Shown one piece after another: positions 11,201 through 20,900 of a stretch of DNA of 64,000 nucleotides. How positions within the stretch are numbered: the first letter of the stretch is position 1; every line of letters starts with the position of its first letter. The translations under genes and the position numbers were made by a program. This stretch comes from Lepidodermella squamata (taxonomy: Eukaryota > Animalia > Gastrotricha), in contig JBLDXI010000007.1 of the NCBI GenBank assembly GCA_047495785.1, forward strand, positions 806,001 to 870,000. Direction: 5' to 3'. Below the pieces are notes generated by a model. That model worked only from the letters and a program-made list of their open reading frames with translations. It had not been told where the DNA came from and ran no database searches.

Positions 11201-12483
11201 AAGAGGGAGTACAAAATGGGTTCAACATTGAGGCTTAAAATAATTTTTTCAAAGGCTTGAAACTAAAGGTTTTAGGAAAAAATCGAATTTATTTCTATTA
11301 AGAGTTGAAAAAAGTGGGGCTAAAAAGGGTAAATTTAAACTCACCGTTGACTGTAAATCACAAATAACCCACAGCTGAGAGACAAATGCTTTGTCGAGCT
11401 AAATTAAAGCAAAAAGCTAACTTTGCTAATTTCGTCAGGTGCGAGTTCTTTGCGTACCAAAATGTCGCTAAGACCGTCGAATGTCATCGACTTATGGTCA
11501 AGCGACCAGCTATGAAAAAAAATTCGAAAAAAATTACAACCCCATAATGTCGTAAAAATAGAACGGCTTACCTCTCAAATTCCAACGAGCACTGAATTGT
11601 CCCGAAAAAATAAAATAAAAATAAAAATCGCCGCAGGGCAGAAGCGATAGACAAACCCTTTGAACGTCGAAAGGGAAGGTAAATAGCTTGAGGTCTAGAC
11701 CGATCAAGACAATATTTAATCGCAGACAAATTAACGAATTTACTCACCGCACCACGTTCGCGCTGTCCCAGTTGGAACATATTTCATCTAAACCCCGAAA
11801 AATTAGAATTAATTGAGACGAGATGAGGCGACTTACGTTCCCGTTTGAAGTCAACTGAACTTGAAATTTCGAATGTCTCGTTATACCATATAAATGATCA
11901 GCGCTATTAATCATCTGCTCAGAAAATTAGGTCAAAAACTGTCGCGGAAAATGACCTCAAATCACAAACCGCAATATCGGGTAGTCCTATTTGTTCTGGG
12001 TCTAAAGATACTGAGGTTATATTGTCAAACTCCGCCGGATCCCTAGAAAATAGAGTAGGAGCTACGATGAGATGAAATGAGAACGCGCGTACCATGATAA
12101 TCTGGCATCGTGCCATCGAATGAAAATCGCTATTACAGTCTCGAAAATACCTTCCTTCTCTACCTTAAAAATTGAAAAATTCGGGTAAATTTCGCGACTG
12201 ATCGAGTCTGGCTTACTGTTCCTTTGACTTTGATGAGCAAAACATCTAGATTAACGATAAGCGGCCGAACTATAGAAGCCGCTCTGTGGTAGCGTGAAAA
12301 CAACCGCCAGATCAACTGGTGGACTATCGAGTAATTATTGTGAGTATGCGTGCCGGGCGCCAGAGATGAATCCCACCCAGTCGGTGTCATCGACATTTGG
12401 TCGCCGGTGATGAGCACAACGCAGAGCAACATCAAAATCGACGAGATGGCGAGTAATTTGATGAACAAATAAGTCGCCGCCAT
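8287..12483 (-). CDS. Cys-loop ligand-gated ion channel subunit, nAChR/5-HT3-like non-alpha type, 13 exons
   Basis: Manual splicing gives RWHDARLSWDPAEFDNI, LPDIAMINSAD, Cys-loop CDLKLFTFPFDVQRC, FESWSLD, KRRVTFYVVNLIFPC, M2 ADRIGFSTTNLLTLVVF, ELPKTSD and M4 VAFKIDFVTFVICL. All introns GT-AG; last intron 9264-10460. Confidence 0.9.
9326..9407 (+). tRNA. tRNA-Leu(TAG), copy 3 (intronic, antisense to the channel gene)
   Basis: Same sequence as copy 1; lies in intron 9264-10460. Confidence 0.97.
9477..9548 (+). tRNA. Initiator tRNA-Met(CAT), copy 3 (intronic)
   Basis: Same sequence as copy 1; the Leu-iMet spacer is also homologous to that of cassette 1. Confidence 0.97.
9751..10150. repeat. 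Dispersed repeat family, copy 1 (probable non-autonomous transposon)
   Basis: Colinear similarity to 42537-42912 (CCAAGTG, TAGGGTTCCAGC, CCGATATCGATTC, CGATTTCACAAATCA, TGCTGGAACCTCA). Confidence 0.75.
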
Positions 12484-14976
12484 CCTATCGAAGGCGACCC
12501 AGAAATAGCACAACAGCAATAAAATTGTTTAATTAAAATCGTGATATAAAGTTCGGCCTCATCCGATGCATTTTTCGCCTAGAAAAAAGATGAATAAATA
12601 TAATATACCTGGGTGCGTAACATTTTGAATATCCAGGAAAATTAATTACCTATAAATTTATTTTTAAGGGTGAAAATTGTGGAAAAATTGGGGTTTGCGA
12701 AAGTCACGCATCGCGAAATTTATGATTATTCCGCGTCGCTCAGTGCCCCACACCACATTTAATTGCGGCTTGCATGGTGTGGTATTGATTGGCAATTATG
12801 ACTATATATAAGTCACACCGGTGGTGATTTGCAACTGGAAGACAGAATAATAAAGGCGCTCGAGCTATCCCGCGGGATGTCCTGCGCAAGCGCGTTCGAT
12901 CAGCAGCTTAAATAGGTCTGTTTATGACGCGATTCTCGCATTAAATGCGCTGTATGACTGCTGCTGATGATGATGATGATTTCCCACACCATACACAGCA
13001 CAGCCTATTCCAAAGTTGTTGAAGTCTGTAATTTCTCGCGTGTTATTTCAAACCGTAATTGCAGGTCAGTTGTGGTGCATTTCGCGGCTCTGTGTAATGA
13101 CAACTGCTGAATAAAATAATGCGCGCCGACAATACAATTCTGACGCGCGTGACTGCCGTGGCAACGCCATGGCTTCCTATCACCGATACATCTCGCAGAT
13201 GATGGAAAATACCAAGTTCAATGTCGTTTCGATAAAAATAAGCAACAAGGGATAAAAATAATCACGGTAATTTCCGAGAGTTTCACATTACGTCTCATAT
13301 AGAGACCAACTTTAATGCTGTTTTTTCAGAATATCTAAAATACAATGCAGTGAGCCCCAACTTTCGACGCGAAAAATCAACTGGTCAATTTTGCGGCTAA
13401 AAATCAATTAATATACTAATTTACTAACAGACAGTTAACAAGTGAAAAGTGGGGTTTGGCGAAATTTTGACATCGTGCGATTTTGATGTCGCTTTCAAGA
13501 ACGATAAACGAGGAGTCGAATGATATCAAAAAGAGGATGCTAGTCATCAGAGTTAGCCTGTAAAAAGTGCGCCTAGAAATAGAGTTTTTATTGCCTCAAT
13601 TAATAATCCCCCATCGCAATTTTTTTATGAAATTTTCTAATGTGCAGTCGACCAATTTTAAGGTAATCTGAGAACAGAAATTTCGCTGAATATTCGCAAA
13701 TTTGGTGGAATCAAGCTAGTGTCTCCACATCAATCTGAATCGGTAATACTTTTACGCGACACTTTGGGGTTTCCCCTTTTTTAAGCAGGATAGGATCCTC
13801 CTAGAGGTCTGAAATTTGGAAATTTGAAATTCTCATGAAAAACTCACTAGGAGCATCTTGGAATCCAAGAATCCTTCAAGTCAACACAATTTTTGCGAGT
13901 TGCTGGAAAATAAAGAAAATTTTTCAAACCTCACTTTTCACTTTTTACCGGGCAATTGGTTTATCCTATCGTACTAGATTGTTCAACATCGAGATGGCCC
14001 GATTCGGGTGACAGTAGGCATTCAAGAACGAAGGGTGACTGCTATGTACATATCATATAAGAGGAATTCTCTAAGGAACCCAAGCCGGACTAGCTTTTCC
14101 GGCTTGGGTGATAAAAGCGCAGAAATTAGGGCACTTAAGAAGCAGAGGAAGTTTCAAGTTGACGCCTTTTCACGTAGTTACAGTGAAAGTTGCGTAAACA
14201 AGAGTCGTCTAAAACGGAATGTCTGTAGCACGGACAGTTTTTCAGTGGCTCTTGCAGATATTTTGGCTCGATAGGTGATTGTTTTGACTGGACGTTTTTG
14301 CCTGCCCCTCAGTCCGTTTTATATAATTTTCACTGAATATTCGGAAAGAGCCTCGCTAAAATTTTGACGATCGACTATAATTTTGAAATTTAATACGACG
14401 AAATTCTGCGGAATATCTATATCAAGCCTTCCGAATTCCGATTTTGGTAGGATTTAGCAGAAAATATTCGACACTGGGTATATTTTAAGAATGATGCCGA
14501 AAGTTAGAAGTGTGCGGTTTTTCTCTGTTGAAAAAACGGATACATGTCGCTATGAAAGAGACACAAATCTGGCTACAATGCTCGATAATTGATATTATTT
14601 ACAACTATTTACCGCCGATTCAAAAACACCGCGCAAGTAATGCCATAATATTGAGTACAAAACATTGAGTAGCGGCTATCGAGAGCAGTACAAATGGACG
14701 CACACACCGGTGTTGTACATCCCGAATAACAGAATAACACCTTGATACACGTCTATGTTTTTCCTCACACCCTATAGATAACAATCCGAACGACCTGTAA
14801 GTTCCGCCGCTGGACACGCTCCAAAAATGACCGGATGAATGCATTTATTTCCAAGCTCAATATAATCGATGGAATGTTACTTATAATAAAAAATTGCCTC
14901 ATTTCTCAAACTCAAAACTCAGGAATTTCAACAATGGTAATAGCTTTATTATCGCAGTAAAAAATTAAAAAAAAAA

Positions 14977-16314
14977 TCATATGCAAGTGTCGTTTTGTGT
15001 CACATAAATTTCGTCGAGTGACAGAAAATTCGAAAGAACGCGAGGCAGATCGAGGCTTCGAATCGCAGCCGGGCGACTTTTCGGTCCAACAGGAAGCCGG
15101 CTCAGCACAACAAATCGGCAACAATGCTGCAGCGAGAGCGGAAATTTTGCGCGGAAAAAATTGCGAAACTTCATAATAGGCTCGATCTGCTCCTCCGAGT
15201 AAGGGTCATACACGTGTAAAGCAGCACGGCCGGCGGCGTTGGGTAGGTACAGGCTGGACTTGCGGCGGGCACAGATTATCATATCTGTGACAGCGTCTAG
15301 CCGGCCGAATAACTGTAGAGAAGCCCCTTCAGATTCAGGCGTTGAGCGGAAAAACGTGGCCAGGTGCGATACAAACCGGCCAAAAGCCAGCGGTTCATTA
15401 CGAAATTTCGCCCCAGCTTTCAGAAGGGGGACAACGCAGTGGCGAAGAATAGCCGCTGAGGCGTTGTAGTCACCCTGAACTTGTTCAGCATGCGCGTGGT
15501 GCATAATCGCGGCCTCGAATGATTCGTACAGGCACAAATCGATGTCTTTAAGGCAGCTGGTTGATTGATTTTCCATGGCTTCAACCAAAATTGCGACAGA
15601 TTTCGGGGCTACAACCGCTAGGCCTGACAGGTAATGCAGCGGCGTCGACGGGTTTGTGTAAATAAAATCATCGGCGAGATTCAAAATTTCAGTACCGAAG
15701 CGTTTGTGATATTCAAAAATTATGCGCGTCAATGAATTTGCGAGATTTTTCTCGTCGTGCCTACTTTGCGCTAGGCATTCTTTAATGGCGCCAATTACGC
15801 AATGCCCGGGTGCTGACGTGGTAGCGCCAAGGTCTAACAGCATCGCAACACCTCGATCGAATAGCGAAAATGTGGCAACTTGAAGCAGTGAAGTCATAAT
15901 GCAGGATGGTATTTGATAATTTTTCAAAACAGCTTCAAATTTTTCGAAATTGTAGCAATTCATCGAGCACCATAAAGCTATTTCCGAAGCCGGATTGAAT
16001 TCGGAACCAATTCCATCAATAATTTTCAACAAATCGCTGTAAACTTCAGTCGCCGCCATGCGGAGAGGCTTTTCGACCCAGATACTGCCATGAAGGTTAG
16101 GATCGACGATGTTGACGCAAAATTGCGACATGAAACAGCGCTTATCATCTTCGCCGGTTAAAAATTCGCCGCCGGGTATTTTCCGGTAATTTTCTTGAAG
16201 AGCTACCTTCAGCTGCGCGGCTGTTTTCTGCAGACCTTCGAAATAGCCGTCAGAATTTGCTACAACGCAATCGCTATCTCGGCAAATTGTTTTGTGGTAG
16301 TATTTCCAAGACAT
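14977..16314 (-). CDS. SOCS-box protein with degenerate ankyrin repeats (ASB-like), paralog 1, intronless
   Basis: 445 aa; C-terminal PLSLQHCCRFVVLSRL...LDLPRVLSNFL SOCS box; VAMLLDLGA and TPLHYL ankyrin-like motifs. Confidence 0.85.
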   Translation of the reverse strand: MSWKYYHKTICRDSDCVVANSDGYFEGLQKTAAQLKVALQENYRKIPGGEFLTGEDDKRCFMSQFCVNIVDPNLHGSIWVEKPLRMAATEVYSDLLKIIDGIGSEFNPASEIALWCSMNCYNFEKFEAVLKNYQIPSCIMTSLLQVATFSLFDRGVAMLLDLGATTSAPGHCVIGAIKECLAQSRHDEKNLANSLTRIIFEYHKRFGTEILNLADDFIYTNPSTPLHYLSGLAVVAPKSVAILVEAMENQSTSCLKDIDLCLYESFEAAIMHHAHAEQVQGDYNASAAILRHCVVPLLKAGAKFRNEPLAFGRFVSHLATFFRSTPESEGASLQLFGRLDAVTDMIICARRKSSLYLPNAAGRAALHVYDPYSEEQIEPIMKFRNFFRAKFPLSLQHCCRFVVLSRLPVGPKSRPAAIRSLDLPRVLSNFLSLDEIYVTQNDTCI

Positions 16315-16699
16315 GTGTGTGAGTTATAGACGCGGAAAAGAAGTGTTTCAGCTACAACATTGGTTGCTTGGTTTCTAAGGCCTGTTGCTCTTGCTATTGG
16401 CGTAGAATAGTTTTTACTGTGCCCATTCTCCCCAACATTATGCCGCCGCTACTATGTAATACTAACACAGTTTGAGTGACGACCACAGCGCTGGCGGCAT
16501 CCAATTCATAACGAGTTTGAACACACGAATTGTGATAATAAAAAGATGATTCGAATGCCAAAGGCTCGCAGCTAAGCCTTATATTATATGAAGCTGCAAA
16601 TTATTGAGCTGGGAATTTGAAACCGATCTTATACTAGCTCGAGTACCTTCGATTTAAACATTTTCGGGCGATGATGGTCAAATATACAAGCTGCTAGCA

Positions 16700-17381
16700 A
16701 AATCAATATTTTGAGTTTCAAACAACTTGAATTAAAACTATCGGAGCAGCGGCTTATTGTATACTGACACCTAATACGAGAGGCCTACTTCAAGAAGTTG
16801 TTTGCCAGCTGTAATTCAAAATCGATAATATCTATTGATCGAAAGGCGCACGTGAAGTCTCTGTTAGATTCTAGGACTGGGGGCAGGAAAAGAAACTCAA
16901 AGAACAATTGCCTTTATTCCACTCCTAGTTTCAGACAATTTTTTCAAAAAGCGTGTTGCTTTGTTTTGGACAACCCCAATAGAAAAACAGCCCCTCAGGG
17001 TTTCTTTAGGTTGAAGTCATTAACTGTTTACTTTTGTTAGCTGAAAAAGCCTCGGAATCAGCTCGATGAGTAGGAGGCGTTAGGCTGTTAAAATTTGAAA
17101 AATAATGCCCATCTAATAACCTATTATGAATACCTGAGCCCTTTAGCCCCACGCAGGCTTGCTTTCAACAAACAAACCGACTCAATTAAAGCGAAATTAT
17201 TCACGGAGCCAATAAAACCAAGATAGGATCCAGAAGAAGATGAAAAACTAGCCTGATTACATTTCTAAACGGCTTTAAAGCATCCACCTTAAAAATTAAC
17301 TCAACTACAAATTTGATTTAATTTCTGAACAAATTCCCTGATGATGGTTACAGCAAATAGCCGAAACGTCGGACGAATAAA
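16700..17381 (+). mobile_element. Degenerate 3' relic of a Penelope-like retroelement
   Basis: Broken RT-end-like YERPT...KAHVKSLL, an endonuclease-tail-like AFNKQTDSIKAKLF at ~17161-17205, then a hammerhead motif and AATAAA. Left boundary approximate. Confidence 0.6.
17335..17373 (+). ncRNA. Minimal type I hammerhead ribozyme (Penelope-type)
   Basis: TCC-CTGATGA-T-GGTTA(CAGCAAA)TAGCC-GAAAC-GTC-GGA: complete core, stem I TCC/GGA, stem II GGTTA/TAGCC, palindromic ACGT stem III. Confidence 0.8.
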
Positions 17382-17939
17382 CGCGTTAATCTTTGTCAAC
17401 AGGATTTATTCCGAATTTATTAGGAATTTTTCGATGAGTTTTGCAGCAATCGATAGGCCTAATGTGTGGAAAACTGTCCTCAGTTTCGTTAGGATCGGGT
17501 TCTCGAAAATTTACTGATTTTGAAAACTTCTCAAGTTTGGTGAGTGAAAGTACGATTTTTAGCCATTACCATGCCTTAGTAATCAGCATTTCTTGTATAG
17601 CCATTACATTTTTAGGTGTCTCAGAAATGAACTTTTCGCTGCCCAACTCTGGAACCCAGTTTCTCAGCAACCCTGATGGCTATGAGCCTCTCGCTTTGAT
17701 ATCAGCTGCAGTTTATTCTATTGAATTGATACGTTCCGGTTTAAAATTCGACTTATAAGGTAGAATTATTACATATTTACCCGACATTCTGAGGCAAAAA
17801 AGTTAAGGACAAAAACCCCATCTTTTAAAAACACTTAGGTACTTTACTTATCACCTGATTAATTGCACTGATTGAGGAATTTCAGAATAATAAAGGAAAT
17901 GAAAGCGGATGAAATAGAAAATAATTGAAAAAATTATTT

Positions 17940-20900
17940 TTAAACCAGACGATCAAGAGTCGATTCGTAGTCCGAAAAATTGATGTAATCGACCACACCT
18001 TGGGGCAGATTAAGATATTCCAGCGATTTGCGCCGAGTCAAATAGCCAATGCCAAGATTCCGCCAAACCACAACGCGACACAGCGCCATTAAAGATCGAG
18101 GGTAGACTCGTTGCAATTTCGACTTGAGATAATGATGAAAATCAGCGCCGCAAAATCCGAGCCCGTAAACGTTGTCCAAATGTTGCAGCCATTTATCAAA
18201 ATCAGCTATGGGCGGTCGAGACCCGGATAGGGCCGAAATTTCGACAAAAATCTTCAGCAAGAAATCAGCCCATTTTCGACTGCCAATCGAGTACCAAAGG
18301 CTTAGAAATAAGCAACTTAAAGGCGGGAAATCGTAAGAAAAAGGATTTCGGCTGATAACAGCTCCAGCTCTCAGTAACGGCAGTACGGCCGATTTCAAAA
18401 TTCTTGCAATTTTTTCTTTTCGCAATGAATTAGCCGCTAGAGATGCGACATCGATCAAAACTGTTTCGAGCGGCGTAGCTCGATCAAGGTGGAATAAATC
18501 GAATCGATCGATCAATCCGGATGTTAGCGATAGGCCGGAAGCTGGGGTCGATTCGATTAGGGTAGAGACAGCTTCGGAGCTTTTTAGGGCCAGATGGGCG
18601 CTATAGTGAAGAGGTATCTCGCCGGTATTCAAATCACGAGATAGGGTATCAGCTCCGAAATCGACAAGACTTTTCACCATTGAATCGACTTTCTTTGAAA
18701 TAAATTTTTCGCGGGTGAAACACTGATCGCCGATACTGCGGCGTCCATGGTTGCAGACCTGCGATGAGAAATAAAAAATAAAAATAAAAATAAAATAAAA
18801 AATAAAACCAGAAAAAATATCGTCGCCAGTAGGATTTGAACCTACGCGCGGAGACCGCATCTGATTTCTAGTCAGACCCCTTAACCACTCGGGCATAGCG
18901 ACTTGCATGCCTCTACACAAATATTTACTGCTCTTGTTGATACGACGAATTGGTTGGTCTTACTACGACCTCAACAACAATATACGTCGCACTCTTTGAA
19001 AACAGGAAATATAAAGTTATATATACCATGTGCGATGTCCAGTCTCCGAGACGAAAATTAACGGACAGTATTTGGTAATGCACAATGCACATCATCTTCT
19101 GTGCGATTTCAAGTTCGGATTTTAAATGTATGAGCAATTTGTATAACGCAGAGAAATTAGGTACATCCAGGTATCGAACGTTACATAATTTTCCAGTCGT
19201 TGTCCAATCTGTGCTTTCGCGTATAAAATTCGAAGACATTCACTTCAATAATATTGAAGTGAATATGACCGTCATAATATGATATAATATATAATAATAA
19301 TAATATAATAATATAATAATAATATAATATATATAATATATCATATTATGACGGTCATATTCACTTCAATATTATACTTAGCTATACTAAACCGCTTTGA
19401 CAAACCTCGAAATCGGTCCTACTTAACCCGAAGACGACTCCCTTTTTAATGAAATGATTCGGAAATACTACAACTCAATTTCACAAATGAGTCGTGGCAA
19501 CTGATTCCGACCCTTCTTCACGCGTTGGTCTAATTAAAACGCGAAGCACTCATTTGATGCTGGTTTTATGCTTGTTTCTATCAAATTTCAGGTGAAAGGT
19601 GCTGTGTGGGTACTTTTTGGGAATCAACTTATTTTTAGAATTTTTTTGCCGAATTTAGGAAGGCAGAGAATTCAATATCTGTCCACAGAGAGGCACTATT
19701 TGCTAGGTTAATGCTTTCAACACAAAAACAACGGCTTAATTTGAAACGAACAACTAGCTACGCGTGGATCTGCGCATCAGAAAATAGCAACTTAACGCTC
19801 GGACCACATCCGATGCAATATATGTATGGATAAATGCAGAAGAGGGACAGAAAAAGATCGACTATGTCGGTTGCTCGCACAACCCCCGAAGTGAGAACCG
19901 ATGCTTCATCATTATAGCCACCTAACAAGGCGCAAGCGAACTTCGTGATCAAAACTGACTTGGCAACAAGCTCAGCAGAAAATAAGTTCAAGTTTCCGGA
20001 TGAAAGGCACCCGACATACTCCGAAAAGTCTCACATTTCAACATTTTAAATCAAGACAGTCTAGACTACTGTTGATCTCGAGGACATACTTCTCCGTTAT
20101 TTTTACATTTTTGTCTCAGAAATGCTGCTGATAGTATTTATGTTTATTCAGCGAACTGTTTCGGCTCAAACAGTTTTCAAGCCTTACAGATTGTCGCTAC
20201 TTTCGATAAACGCTTTTACAGGATACGACCCAAGGGATAATTTGTTATGCAAGGCTTCCCAGCAATTGGTTATTGACATCATTAACAACAGGACAGATTT
20301 ACTACCCGACTACAAAATTGAACTCAATTTCGCGAATGAAGGCCCTGGTGGAAACTTCGCCCCAAAAGTAGCTGTTGAGTACATCCGAAAAATGGAGGAC
20401 ATGCCTGATCCCAATCTGTACCCTGCGCCATTGAACATGGGCCCACTTCTAGCAGGCGGTTGCAAAAGTTGGGGAATGATGCCTAGCTATTTCAATATGG
20501 TAACTCTCGTTTCATCCTGCACTGCTCCGTCCCAAATCGCTCGCCGTTCGTTGTACCCCAACATCTTTAGGCCGCGATGTTCTGCCGAATTGTCCTTATA
20601 CTCGAGGATGCATTTCATCAAGAAAATGACCCCATGGCGACGCATAGCCTTGACGATGAATCTCAACACAAATCCTTTCAACTTCGAAACCGCATTGCTT
20701 TTCCACAAAATAGCGACTAATGAAGGATTTGAAGTTGTAACGTTCGAAGCGAGTCCGGATTTCAACGATGAAGTCATGGCCGCGCTGAAAAGGCTCGACA
20801 TTCGAATTTTCACACACGAAGCGGCGGAATCAATCGCTGGAATACGATTTTTATGCCAAGCTTTCAGGGCCGGGATGAGAGGACCGAAATATTTTTTCCT

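Noticed and set aside
12540-14900. Long non-coding region upstream of the channel gene with small ORFs and a loosely repeated GGGGTTTG.CGAAA motif
   Set aside because: Probably UTR/promoter and old repeat debris; no supportable boundaries or motifs.
18759-18920. N-terminal part of the 326-aa ORF 17940-18920
   Set aside because: It is the translation of tRNA-Ser and the polypyrimidine tract; the real exon starts at 18758.
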